Source: Girardia tigrina
Taxonomy: Eukaryota
NCBI GenBank assembly: GCA_001938485.1
Contig: MQRK01249112.1
Location: 28,935 to 92,934, forward strand
Reading direction: 5' to 3'
DNA length: 64,000 nucleotides
Both the position numbers and the translations under genes were made by a program. The notes beneath the pieces are model-generated. The model had not been told where the DNA came from and searched no databases. It saw nothing but the letters and a program-made list of their open reading frames with translations. Numbering within the stretch: the stretch's first letter is position 1; each line of letters opens with the position of its first letter. This document shows positions 51,976 through 64,000 of the stretch, piece after piece.

Positions 51976-54900
51976 CAGGGCCGTATTTACCACAGGGCGG
52001 AACGGGCGGTCGCCCGGGGCCCCCACATACAACGATAAAAAAATTTTATATGGTCAAGATTAGTGAAACCAATTATTAAAAAATAAAAATAAAGTTTTAT
52101 GATTGAAAAAGTTATTTTTTCTTTTGTTTTATTAAGCTTAATAATCGATTAATTGTTTTACTAAACAGACACCTGAGCGCTTACTTAATTTGTACGTAGT
52201 TTCCAGTCTTTCAGTCGCCGTGACACCCTCACTTAGTTTCCTTAATCATTCAAGTGATTCAAGTGACTCTTGTGCATCAGAGTGAGTAAGTTGTAATCAA
52301 TTTTACAATCAATTATTGTGACCGTGCAGCTGATTTGGATTTTATTATTATTTCTAAACTTTGATAGCTGACTTTTCGTACGTCGACCGTAAACTATGTA
52401 AATGCTACTCACAGTTTTACTTGCGTATTACTTTTGACTTTCCATTCATTTATTGAAATAATTATTGAAATAATTTTTATTTNNNNNNNNNNNNNNNNNN
52501 NNNNNNNNNNNNNNNNNNNNNNNNNNNNNNNNNNNNNNNNNNNNNNNNNNNNNNNNNNNNNNNNNNNNNNNNNNNNNNNNNNNNNNNNNNNNNNNNNNNN
52601 NNNNNNNNNNNNNNNNNNNNNNNNNNNNNNNNNNNNNNNNNNNNNNNNNNNNNNNNNNNNNNNNNNNNNNNNNNNNNNNNNNNNNNNNNNNNNNNNNNNN
52701 NNNNNNNNNNNNNNNNNNNNNNNNNNNNNNNNNNNNNNNNNNNNNNNNNNNNNNNNNNNNNNNNNNNNNNNNNNNNNNNNNNNNNNNNNNNNNNNNNNNN
52801 NNNNNNNNNNNNNNNNNNNNNNNNNNNNNNNNNNNNNNNNNNNNNNNNNNNNNNNNNNNNNNNNNNNNNNNNNNNNNNNNNNNNNNNNNNNNNNNNNNNN
52901 NNNNNNNNNNNNNNNNNNNNNNNNNNNNNNNNNNNNNNNNNNNNNNNNNNNNNNNNNNNNNNNNNNNNNNNNNNNNNNNNNNNNNNNNNNNNNNNNNNNN
53001 NNNNNNGAAGCTGTGGAGGTACAATGTACTAAAGACACTATTGCACAGATGGAAGTCATGCAGTATTCCGATAGTACTGATTCTGCATTAAAAGAGAAGG
53101 ATATTGGTCTATGGCCTAAGAACCTATCATCATCTGCTGTGGAATTCTGGATTAAGAAGGGTGTAAAGGATGTGCAGCATTGCGATGAAACCCTTCTTCA
53201 GCAGAAATCATATGTGCAAAACGTCGATGGTTGTGACCGCAGATGTCATGTGGGAATGTTTGAACGACAGAACCAAAATGGTGAGAAAGTACAAAGGTCN
53301 NNNNTGTGTTTCTCACCTTCAAACGGCAAGTTGTATTGTTTTGTTTGCAAAATTATGGGGGCAACTCCATCTCGCTTCACTGATGAAGGTTTTTGTGATT
53401 GGAAGCACTATGGCTATAGAATGAGTACTCATGAAAAGTCTCAGGAACATCTACAGGCTATTGTGGCACTCGCTCGGCGAGTTAAAGAACAAGGCCGCAT
53501 TGATACTGAATTAGCGTTACAGGTTAGGCGAGAGGCGACGTACTGGCGTAAAGTCCTGAAAAGGTTGGTTAGTGTCATAAGGTTCTGTTGTGAGCGGGGT
53601 CTTGCTCTTCGCGGTGAAAATATAGATGTGGGATCTCCCTCTAATGGGAANNNNNNNNNNNNNNNNNNNNNNNNNNNNNNNNNNNNNNNNNNNNNNNNNN
53701 NNNNNNNNNNNNNNNNNNNNNNNNNNNNNNGTGGTCATACAAACTATCTGTCACCTATAGTTTGTGAAGAGCTTGTTGAAGTCATGAGAGAACGAGTACT
53801 AGCAGAGATCGTTTCGCGAATCAAGAAGTCAAAATATTACTCATTGTCTATGGATAGTACAACTGATGAAGGTTACCTTGACCAGTTGACTCTTACTTTT
53901 CGTTACATGGAAAAAGGATCACCTGTTGAACGCTTTGTAAAGCTGATGGGAAATCAGGCTCACAAAGCAAAAGATATTGTCGATGGTCTCATGGACTTCC
54001 TACAGTTATACGACATTGACATCAAGGACTGCCGTGGTCAGTCATCTGACAATGCGGCAACGTTCAGTGGCAGACACTCTGGTGTTCAGGCCCAGGTTTT
54101 GGCTTTGAATCCCTTAGCTTTATGGCAACCATGCGCTGCACATTCGCTAAATTTGGTTGGAGTAACTGCTGCAAAAAGCTGCTTAAGTGCGGTGAAATTC
54201 TTTGATTTCCTTGAGGAGTTATATGATTTTTTCACTGACTCAACACACCGCTTTCAAATTCTTACTGACGTATTGAAAGAAACAGAGAGCGGTAAAACAT
54301 ATGTGCCTAAAAGACTCATCGCCATACGCTGGTCTTGTAGAGCTGATGCCACCAAAGCTCTTGTAAACGGCTACTCACAAATAAGAGATACACTACATAA
54401 AATGGCACAAGATAAGGGTGAACCAGCAGAGGTNNNNNNNNNNNNNNNNNNNNNNNNNNNNNNNNNNNNNNNNNNNNNNNNNNNNNNNNNNNNNNNNNNN
54501 NNNNNNNNNNNNNNNNNNNNNNNNNNNNNNNNNNNNNNNNNNNNNNNNNNNNNNNNNNNNNNNNNNNNNNNNNNNNNNNNNNNNNNNNNNNNNNNNNNNN
54601 NNNNNNNNNNNNNNNNNNNNNNNNNNNNNNNNNNNNNNNNNNNNNNNNNNNNNNNNNNNNNNNNNNNNNNNNNNNNNNNNNNNNNNNNNNNNNNNNNNNN
54701 NNNNNNNNNNNNNNNNNNNNNNNNNNNNNNNNNNNNNNNNNNNNNNNNNNNNNNNNNNNNNNNNNNNNNNNNNNNNNNNNNNNNNNNNNNNNNNNNNNNN
54801 NNNNNNNNNNNNNNNNNNNNNNNNNNNNNNNNNNNNNNNNNNCGGTGATTGATAGCTATGTGTCTGCTTTGAAACACAGACTTTCTGCTTATGACAATGT

Positions 54901-55603
54901 GTCATCTCTGTTTGGCTTCCTATCGAATTTTGCACAGATTGAACATCAAGGGCTCAAACAATCAGGAGATATACGCTTGCAAACGCATACCCAAATGACT
55001 TGGAATCATGCATTGGGGATGAAATGGTCCAATTTCAAGAGTTTCTCAAGGTGTTTGAAGGTGAAAAGAAAGTGGAAGAGAGCTTCGCGCAATTTATGTA
55101 CACTCTCATTCTTCAAAAAAAATGTTCAAGATGAATTTCCAAATTTGGAAATAGCCCTCCGTCTTTACTTTGTTATGATGGTTACAAATTGTTCTGCTGA
55201 GCGTTCATTTTCCAAAATGAAAATAATTAAAAACAGACTGCGTACCTCCATGCTTCAAGACAGGCTCACTAACCTAACACTCATGAGCATTGAGAGTGAC
55301 ATTTTGAGAGACATAGACTTCAGTGACATTATCCGTCATTTTTCCACTAGCAAATCCCGCAAAGTTCCTTTGGTAATGAACATTTCATGATTTCCACATG
55401 CTTTACTGTGCTGTATGAATGTACTATGAATCTATCACAATATACTTTGTATCTGTGTTATTCACATCTGCGTAATCTGAGCATTGTGAGTGGGCATCGC
55501 AGTATACAGAAGTGCTTTTTTTGAAAATGATCAATCTGAGTTTGCAAGGGCCCCCACAAATATTTCCCGCCATGGGCCCCCCCAGTGTGTAAATACGGCC
55601 CTG
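51976..55603 (+). mobile_element. hAT transposon (Tip100/ZMYM1-like transposase, ~53007-55390)
   Basis: 15-bp TIR CAGGGCCGTATTTAC; perfect 8-bp TSD ATTAGCAC (51968-51975, 55604-55611). LYCFVCK..GFCDWK..HEKSQEH, GLALRG, YYSLSMDSTTD, CAAHSLNL, TNCSAERSFSKMKIIKNRLRTSMLQDRL. Frameshifts ~54960-55120. Confidence 0.96.
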
Positions 55604-55676
55604 ATTAGCACTAAATATATTTTTTAATCGATGAATTAACTCTATACGTAAAATAAAAAAATATATTGTTATTTAG

Positions 55677-55922
55677 CAACCAATGAAATATTTGTAAAAG
55701 ATTTATCCGATATTTGTTATTTGGAGAAATCCTTCCACGAAGATTTTCAATTATTCCCAGAAGATTTGAAAATGACTGTTCATTTAACTCACATCCCCGG
55801 ACTTCTTTTCTACAGTGTGGACAGATATAATCAATTAATAGTCAAAATCCATGATGAATTTGACCCGTTTTTGACAATAGAGTTCAACAACAAAAAATAT
55901 TTGATCTCAGTTAAAAAGATAT
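55677..55922 (+). CDS. LamG/EGF (neurexin/CASPR-like) gene exon, beta-rich LamG-like region
   Basis: ATTTAG acceptor; open frame ..PGLLFYSVDRYNQLIVKIHD.. (LamG GLLFY motif). Followed by a 45-bp GT-AG intron. Confidence 0.65.
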
Positions 55923-55967
55923 GTAATAAATATTGTATCACAAAACATTGTACATATATTTTCCTAG

Positions 55968-56111
55968 GTGATTGTCAGACATGTTTGTTCGAAAATCTCA
56001 AATTCAGATTCCAGGTAAAAGACGGAATCTTCGTACAGTGCAACGGGGGAGAATTCGTTCACAATAAATATATTCCATATCAAAATATTAAATCAAGTAC
56101 GATCTATTTTT
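55968..56111 (+). CDS. LamG/EGF gene exon; a further micro-exon likely at 56166-56193
   Basis: TTCCTAG acceptor, in frame with the previous exon, GTAATT donor. Confidence 0.55.
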
Positions 56112-56583
56112 GTAATTGTTTATTTTTTATGCTATGGGTCAAACATTCATAACATCTTCCTCCAGCAATGACAAAGATTGAATATTATAATCGGTATTTT
56201 TTGAAACTTGTAGTTTGAATATTAAAGAATAAATACTCTTTAGGAGAGAAGATTATTGTGAGATTAAACGTCATTAAAATAAAATGTAAACTGTATATAA
56301 ATTTTTTTCTTCATTTCTGAGAAATCAAAATGTTTATCAATACAGGTTATAAGCTTTCTTCTTTTTAACATTTTTAGGATATTTATTACCAAAGTTATTG
56401 AAGCGTTTATTAAATTTCCCTAATGTTAATATCATCAAGTTGGTTTTTGAAACATTAATTATAATATCAATTCAAATTGTTCTACAATCTTTTTATAAAA
56501 ACTCATATTTCTTGATTTATATATAAGTTAACCTTTCATATTTATTACTTGAAATGACATGAATTATGAAATTTACTTATTAA

Positions 56584-56747
56584 CCCTTAATAACCTAGAG
56601 TTTCAAAATTGATACCTGTTTTTTTTCTAAATAAATATGTAAAATAAATATTGTGATTTTTTTAGCTATTTTTCCCTTCATCTAGACCCTCAAGCAAACA
56701 CAGTAATATTAAAAATAAATCACTTTCGTAAATCAGGCTACTAAGGG
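56584..56747. mobile_element. piggyBac-type MITE in an intron
   Basis: TTAA|CCCTTAATAACCT...AGGCTACTAAGGG|TTAA. Confidence 0.75.
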
Positions 56748-56789
56748 TTAAAAATATTATTGACTTAAATCAGTGAAAATCAACCTTTT

Positions 56790-57252
56790 TATAGTCGCGG
56801 CACTCTAAGTGCAAATATTTTCTTTCTCGCGAACCTGGTTGGGGTTACAAACGTGACAAAACACACGTTGAACAAAAGTCAATTTCTACGCACAATTTGA
56901 CGAAAATATTTTTGTGACGCAGAGAAACTCTGAAGCGCACGATAGTTAACAATATTATTGAAGAAGCATGTTGTATATGTATCCTAGTTTTACTGAATTT
57001 TGTTTGTAATATTTATACGAGACGAGACATGTTTAGACATCGTTAATGTTAATTGTGAACCGTGACAATTTGCATTACTATAAATACTTTGTTTATTCGA
57101 CAATTTGAATAACCTTAACTTGTTTTCCAACAAAGACCATCCTTTTTAAAGATAAACTTTTTAATCTACCAAAGGTTTAAAGACCCCAGCATTTTATAAA
57201 AAACTGTTATAAAAAATTTTTGCAACGCAACACGCCGGTTGCCTCACACTAG
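56790..57252 (+). mobile_element. Possible non-autonomous Helitron (3' end)
   Basis: GCAAC-ACGCCG-GTTGC hairpin just upstream of CTAG at 57249-57252. 5' boundary is a guess. Confidence 0.4.
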
Positions 57253-57672
57253 GTTAAATTATTTCAATAAATACTTTCACTACTAAAAGATCATTTCATT
57301 AAATTTAATGTTCATTTCTAATAAGTACCCGTAATATTCAAATTTTAAAGTTATTGTTTTAACTTTAAACTTTAATTAAACTACTGCCTAATAATAAAAA
57401 TTAAAAATATCATTCAACTATCAAGGTTGGGGAAGTAACACTGTAGTACAACATATAACATAACATTTGCCAAAACTCACAACATTTTAAATATTCATTA
57501 CACATGCAACTAAAATCAGTAACCGAAATTGAGGCTCTTTTACGATACTTTGCACTTTTTATATTAGTTTAAAACTTTTAATGTTTTTAAAAGGAATTCT
57601 GTAAAATTTAATAACGATTAATGATCATCAAACTGTTTGTTAAACCTTCGATTTTATGATTTGTATTCTTTC

Positions 57673-57724
<52 letters not shown>

Positions 57725-57728
57725 TCAG

Positions 57729-58037
57729 AGTATCCTATCCCAAATTTCAGTCAAAGCAATACAACAGCAATTCTCTGGATGATTAATATACCACAATTTC
57801 AGAATTCGGGGACCAAATTCTTTCCTGAAAATGACTTTATAACCGGTTGTATTTCTGAAATAATGCTCAATAATATTCCCTTGATAATGAAATCCTTTGG
57901 TCGTGGGATATTTAATCAATGTGTCAAGAAATGCAATGAAAACATTTGCAATGGAGGAACATGTCTAGAAACGTTTGATTCAAAACCAGAATGTGATTGC
58001 TACCGGACATTCCACAATGGCGATTTTTGTAACTCAA
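57729..58037 (+). CDS. LamG C-terminus + EGF-like domain exon of a neurexin/CASPR-like protein
   Basis: FITGCISEIMLNN (LamG F.GC motif), then CVKKCNENICNGGTCLETFDSKPECDCYRTFHNGDFCN (EGF with neurexin-family CDC..T.F.G..C). Confidence 0.85.
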
Positions 58038-58083
58038 GTAAAACTGATTTGTATATTAATAAACTCTATATGGTTTTATTTAG

Positions 58084-58183
58084 CTCATATTTTCACCGAA
58101 ATGCATAATGATGGATTCCAATTTGAAGTTCTGAAAATTTCGTGGAAAAGTTTTGTCAAAGATATTCTAGTTTTAACTTCTAA
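58084..58183 (+). CDS. LamG/EGF gene exon
   Basis: The 46-bp GT-AG intron 58038-58083 keeps the frame: THIFTEMHNDGFQFEVLKISWKSFVKDILVLTS. Confidence 0.7.
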
Positions 58184-58529
58184 GTATGACATATTCATTG
58201 TCTCAATTTAATTATTATACTTTATATTATTCTTGTTAAAGTAAAGGAATATAAATAATTTCAAATTAAAAACTCTAGAATGCGAGAAATCCTACCAAAG
58301 TTTTGAAGACATTCTTATGACTTATGAAGTCATTGTGGAATGACAAAGACAGGTTAAGTTAAAACAACAACCTTAGTATCACACGAAGAATCACATGGGT
58401 GTATTTGCTAGGAAAAATTATTTCGAAATAAAACAAATAATAAAAGATTTCAGAAAAGAAAGAGTAAGGAAATAGAAACTGTTCAAGATTCAAACTGGGT
58501 TTATGTTTGATACTATTTCTGGTGACATG

Positions 58530-59153
58530 GGACTGGATTGTCATCTCAACCAGGTCACAAATAGTCAATTGATCAGAGAAAATTTATCAGGTGAAAACTG
58601 ATCGGTATAAAACTTATCGGTGGTCTATTATTTCTTAATACAGTCACTGTAATCTAATAACCTGATAATCCATGCTAGTAAATAGTAAAATTTCTTAGTT
58701 AAAATAATCAATGACAATTTTTAAACGTTTATTTGAAATATATTTGAAAAATAGTGCAGTATAATTGTTAGGAATTAAAAGTAAGAGGTATATGTTTGAA
58801 GTAATAATAAGAAATGAGTTATCAAAAACTAAATAAGTAAATAACAGACAAATAAAAGTATAATTAAATTAGCTTATTAAAAACCGGGACACGACAATTA
58901 AGTGTCGAAAATTAGTTCTCGGAAAATTAAAAAAAATATATTAAATCATATGTTTAGAAATATGTTTCTTTGTTTGTCATTATATATTTGTACGTTGGTG
59001 TAAAGCTTTTATTTTTATTCTAATATGTTGATCCTTATATGATTATATCAATTTTCATCCGATCAATTTTCGCCTGATCAATAGACAATCCGGTCAATTT
59101 AAACCGGCGAATATGAACCGACCAATTTGTATGCGATCAATTGTCAAGATACC
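58530..59153. mobile_element. Foldback/MULE-like non-autonomous element with modular ~15-bp subterminal repeats
   Basis: AATTGATCRG-type units at 58565-58620 mirrored by CCGATCAATT units at 59045-59150; right end GATACC. Confidence 0.55.
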
Positions 59154-60035
59154 ATCGATTGGTACTTTGTCACGGTAACCACTGCAATGAGTGTCGTTAT
59201 CCTGGCAATAATTGATTTTGTATTTTAAATTTTGTATTAATTTGTAAAAAGTTGTTAAGTTGGATTTTAATTAAAAAATTTAGAAGATTCAATTAATTCA
59301 AAAATTCATTTTTTTGTTAACACCATAAAGTTACGAACTCTCGATTTAAATTATGATTGTTAAAGTTTTACAAATTAGATTTGAATTTGATTGTTAAAAT
59401 TTTACGAGGTCAATTTGAATGCTAAAGTTGTACAAAACTCGATGTTGTGAAAGTGACGATATTTTTCTGATTCTTTTTGAAATTGCTGAATTTATTGAGT
59501 TGAATAAAATTTTGTTGAATATTGCATTTATCGAATCGAACAATATTTTGTTTTTGACTAAATTTAAATTTTTTGAAAAAACATATTTTTAATGTTTTTG
59601 AATCTATTTTTTTGATGAATTTTAAGAATCAAAAATTATTTGAAACGAACTTTTTAAATAAACCGAAATATGAAACGATAATAATGCATGATCAATCTGA
59701 ATAAGAATAATAACAAAGGGGTCAGAACGAATTGTTTGAGTCTCAAAAAAACTGACACTGTATTTATACTATACCGTCTGGTCTTCGGGGCAACCTGGGG
59801 ATCTTGCGTAAGAATTGTAAATCATTATAACTCGAATGTGATTGAAGATATTAAATGTTTTAATATTTGTGTTGGACAATTATGCTATTTTGCAATTTTT
59901 TACAAATGTTTTTGTATGAGAAGAAAGTTATTTTTGTCAAAAATATCCTACTATTATCCAAAAATGTTTAAACCGTATTAAATAGAAATATTGTGGTTTG
60001 TTTCTTCTATACTTTATAATAAATTTATTATTTTA

Positions 60036-60685
60036 TTCTTCTTCTTTTGACCTTAACCGTTGGGCCGTGGGTGCACCAAATTATAAACAAGCTTTCGCCA
60101 CATGTTTCTATTTGTAGCTTCTTTTCTCAGACATTCCATACTCAGTCCAGTCCATTCTTTTAAATCGTCCATCCATTGCCTCTTTGGTCTTCCTCTTGGT
60201 CTTTCTCCTTCCACTCTTCCCTCAATCATAACCTTTGCTACTGCTTGTTTTCTTATTTGATGACCGTAGAATTTTAGTTTCCTTCTCTTGATGATCTCTT
60301 CTATTGATTCCGGTCTATTACCTAGTATTTCTGTCACTCTCCTCCAAACAAAGTCATTTGTCATCTTTTCTTTCCACGTGATCTTCAGCATTCTCCTGTA
60401 GCACTTCATTTCAAACGCTTTAAGCCTATCCTTACTCTTCTGATTTATTGTCAAACTCTCGCATCCATAGAGGAGTGTTGCCAAGACAACAGCCTTAGTG
60501 ATCTTCAATCTGCTCTTGAGATGGATTTTTTTGAGGTTAAAAACTGTGCTAAGCTTAATAATTGCGCTTTTTGATATACCAATCCGGCTTCTGATTTCTT
60601 CTTCGCTTCCCCCATTCTCCGTGATAGTAGAGCCTAAATATTTGAAACTCCTTACTTGTTTAAGCTTCTCCCCTTCAAAATGGAG
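60036..60685 (-). mobile_element. 5'-truncated RTE-clade LINE in an intron
   Basis: QVRSFKYLGSTITENG..EIRSRIG; ORF 60053-60508 TLLYGCESLT..AFEMKCYRRMLKITW..EGRVEGERPRGRPKRQWMDDLKEW; (AAG)n tail. Confidence 0.92.
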
Positions 60686-61218
60686 TTGTAAAAAGTTTTT
60701 GCATGAAATTTTCCCTTCTACAAAAGATTTAAATAGTTACTAATAACATAATAAAGTTATCAAAAATGTGATTGTAATTTTCTCTTCAACAAAACGTACT
60801 AAAACAATTCTTTTGGCTAAGTAGAGTTCTGTCCATGATAATAATGTCCATGATAATAATAATTCATTATTATCGAAAACATCCCCAATCGAGATATACG
60901 TTTCACTAACATTGCATACAAAATAACTTATTTATTATTAATCTCTTATGCAACATTTAATCGTTATTGACCCTTCAATTTACTCTTTCCGTTTTAAGTT
61001 GTTATAAATAATACAGTTTTTTATATTATTTTAATCTTTATATCTTAATTCATTATTGTATAGAAAGGGATTTGTAATTTAAAGTTACATATTTTTTTCT
61101 TGGACGATAAGTTTTAAGAATTAAAATCCTATTTTTTCATATTATCATAATTTTTCTACAAGATTGTTTTATTTTCAAAAGGAAATGTATTTAGTGATAT
61201 ACATTTATATTCCTTTAG

Positions 61219-61699
61219 AAATATAAAGTTATCAATTCAAGTCATAGGAAAGGAACTTTGGTTCCAGTTTTGGGGGTCAGTTAATAAAGGTCAACATATC
61301 GTAAGTATGTAAATTTATATTTTGAAACCACTTTTAATTAATTCAATATTATTTAGAAACCGTTTTGGGAAACTATATTTTTAATTCGGAATATATTTTA
61401 ATATTAAATCTAGATTTTCCATTAATCCACATTGAGGTGATTACTTTGTTTTAATGAATTAATGAGTCTATTTTAGATGAAATCCGATTTAAACAAACTT
61501 TGGAAAGATTTTAAAATCCCAGTAAATATTACTTTGAACAAAGAGGTTTTTGATAAAATAAAATTTTTAAATAACGAAAAAAATGAAAACGGTATAACTT
61601 TTTTTTAAAAATATTATTTTTGTATTTGTAACAAAAAAAGGAGAAATCGTTTTCAAAGTATCCAAAAAGGAAAGAAACTGGCACTATGTCGGAGACAAC
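61219..61699 (+). CDS. Four further small exons of the LamG/EGF gene (61219-61304, 61357-61436, 61477-61591, 61641-61699)
   Basis: All GT-AG-bounded and phase-consistent with the donor at 58184: NIKLSIQVIGKELWFQFWG.. TVLGNYIFNSEY.. MKSDLNKLWKDF.. GEIVFKVSKKERNWHYVGDN. Confidence 0.55.
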
Positions 61700-62899
61700 G
61701 TATGAGTTTGAGTATTTTATAATTTATAGTTACTTAGTCTAACTCTTATCTTTATTTGTGATCAATACTTTAAACTCTTTCCCTAATATTTGTTCATAAT
61801 TAGTTTAAATGATTGCTTGATTAAAGGTATATTATAAAATTTATTTTATTCTTCTAGATGCCTAGTATATTATTTATTAATATATATTTATATTATAAAT
61901 ATTATATGTATATATTTATAGTAATTGAAACATTGATTAAAAATTTTTTAAAAAAAGAATTATTGACATTATCATGGAATGGATTAATATTACTGCGAAG
62001 TAAATGAAACGAAGTACGAAGTTATCCACTGGGACAATCTAATCTAACATGTGAAAATATATTATCGATTTCCAATCATCGAACTAATTGTCATTGACAT
62101 TCCCATCTCACCAAGCCCACATTTTGTAATTCCACTTAACCAATGTAAAGAGAAAATATACACATTCAGCAAATTAATTCGAAATATCTTCTCGTTGAAA
62201 TTTCCCTTGTTTAACAAAATCTGTTAATAATTTACATACTTTATTCAACCTAAGACTATCCCAATTATTTCCTTACCGGGAGCCTCTTAAAATCCTATTT
62301 ATTACACGATTAACAAACAATTTAAAGTAACTAATTTATTCAAACATCTTCACCATCTTTTTTTTCTTTTTGTTTGTATCGAGATGACAATATTAATCTT
62401 CTTTTTTATTCTGTCTGTTATTGTTAGCATTAATACAATTTTTATTACAAATATCATTATTCTTATTCTATTTCTTGTCAAAAGTAAATTCACTGAATTA
62501 TTATTACTCAGTTAATTTACTTTTACAATTCTGATTTTATTTTTGAAAATATATCATCATTCTCGATTCAGAAAGTTCATCTAGTATAAAATACAGTAAA
62601 ACACGTCATTTGTCAAACAAAAGTTTCTGTGTTAAGGATTACGATTCGATCACCAATGTAAACATAAATAATTTTTGAAATTCTATGTACTCGTTTTAAT
62701 AACTTTTGGAAGAGAGTGACCTGTGAAGCACTATTTGTCAGATCTTTGGATGCTAAGATTATTGTTCAAACGGGTCTTCCAACAACTTTATTGAGCGTGT
62801 TAAGATAACATAACTATCGGTTGATTAAACAATCAATGCTTGCCTACATCAACAAGATTTTAAATTCATTTTTCTTCAAATCTGACGACGACAGTTATA

Positions 62900-63606
62900 C
62901 AGAGCCGTGGCAACCACCCCTCGCGCCCCCCGGTCGGGGGGGGCCTCACGCTTGCATGGGGCCTCTCCAAATAGGGTCAATATTTGAAAATGTAATAGAA
63001 TAACAATAATAAGATCNNNNNNNNNNNNNNNNNNNNNNNNNNNNNNNNNNNNNNNNNNNNNNNNNNNNNNNNNNNNNNNNNNNNNNNNNNNNNNNNNNNN
63101 NNNNNNNNNNNNNNNNNNNNNNNNNNNNNNNNNNNNNNNNNNNNNNNNNNNNNNNNNNNNNNNNNNNNNNNNNNNNNNNNNNNNNNNNNNNNNNNNNNNN
63201 NNNNNNNNNNNNNNNNNNNNNNNNNNNNNNNNNNNNNNNNNNNNNNNNNNNNNNNNNNNNNNNNNNNNNNNNNNNNNNNNNNNNNNNNNNNNNNNNNNNN
63301 NNNNNNNNNNNNNNNNNNNNNNNNNNNNNNNNNNNNNNNNNNNNNNNNNNNNNNNNNNNNNNNNNNNNNNNNNNNNNNNNNNNNNNNNNNNNNNNNNNNN
63401 NNNNNNNNNNNNNNNNNNNNNNNNNNNNNNNNNNNNNNNNNNNNNNNNNNNNNNNNNNNNNNNNNNNNNNNNNNNNNNNNNNNNNNNNNNNNNNNNNNNN
63501 NNNNNNNNNNNNNNNNNNNNNNNNNNNNNNNNNNNNNNNNNNNNNNNNNNNNNNNNNNNNNNNNNNNNNNNNGGGGGGGGCCTCCGGGTACTCTGCCACG
63601 GCCCTG
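62900..63606. mobile_element. Non-autonomous hAT element (mostly N gap)
   Basis: TIR CAG(A/G)GCCGTGGCA; perfect 8-bp TSD CAGTTATA (62892-62899, 63607-63614); GC-rich subterminal GGGCC motifs. Confidence 0.9.
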
Positions 63607-63799
63607 CAGTTATACCGTCTAAATTAATTGTCCTAAAAATTAAAATTTATTTAACAAATGGTGTGTTTTACTGTATAAATATAATTTGATAATATTTCTT
63701 AATTATCTGAATTAGTATAGAATAATTTAACTTTCTTGATCTAATATATATATATATATATTCTTTTCTGTAAAACTGTTTTTTAACCATGATCAAACA

Positions 63800-64000
63800 A
63801 ATATTTTTTACAAGCCTTTATTACGTTTCATTTGTTTGTTTGTCTGTCTGGATGCATCAAATCTTGCGATCGAAAATTCACTCACTTCCCGTTCACTTAG
63901 CGACATGAAACTTTCAGGACTGATGTATTCTAGGTGACAATACACTTTTTCACTGTCAGTACTCAACTACCGCCTTTAGTTTGACCGCAAAAAGTAATTA
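63800..64000 (+). mobile_element. Possible Helentron-associated (DINE-1/HINE-like) element 5' end
   Basis: (GTTT)n(GTCT)n microsatellite followed by a ..ATGAAACTTTCAGG.. core, typical of such elements; truncated by window end. Confidence 0.4.

Noticed and set aside
52434-54848. 804-aa ORF as a literal protein, and other X-rich ORFs (29375-29948, 50126-50635, 62946-63599)
   Set aside because: Their length comes from N gaps; only the sequenced hAT or Tc1 parts are interpretable.

Overview
Very AT-rich eukaryotic (animal-like) genomic DNA with N gaps, not prokaryotic. The ~30-55 bp GT-AG introns and highly diverged proteins are reminiscent of a compact-intron parasite such as a myxozoan, but that is inference only. 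Supported host genes: the 3' exons of a CDC50/TMEM30 flippase beta-subunit (5390-6282, +) and a multi-exon gene for a signal peptide + laminin-G-like + EGF (neurexin/CASPR-like) protein (51419 to at least 61699, +). Weaker exon chains lie at 6.6-7.4 kb (+) and 16.5-18.7 kb (-). Most of the rest is decayed transposons: two near-full-length mariners, a maT/DD37D element, several Tc1 remnants, Tigger/pogo, a MULE, a Chapaev-like fragment, a TSD-bounded 3.6 kb hAT and a hAT MITE, piggyBac-type MITEs and RTE LINEs. Three structures are invisible in the ORF track. (i) Six solo LTRs of one family (start TGTGAGGAATAT, 5-bp TSDs); one is nested in another and one is split by a mariner. (ii) A 180-bp TTAA-flanked element with four 20-bp palindromes at an exact 44-bp period. 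(iii) A 4.4-kb mosaic of short modules repeated in both orientations (29.2-33.6 kb). No CRISPR, rRNA or tRNA could be supported. All alignments were done by eye.
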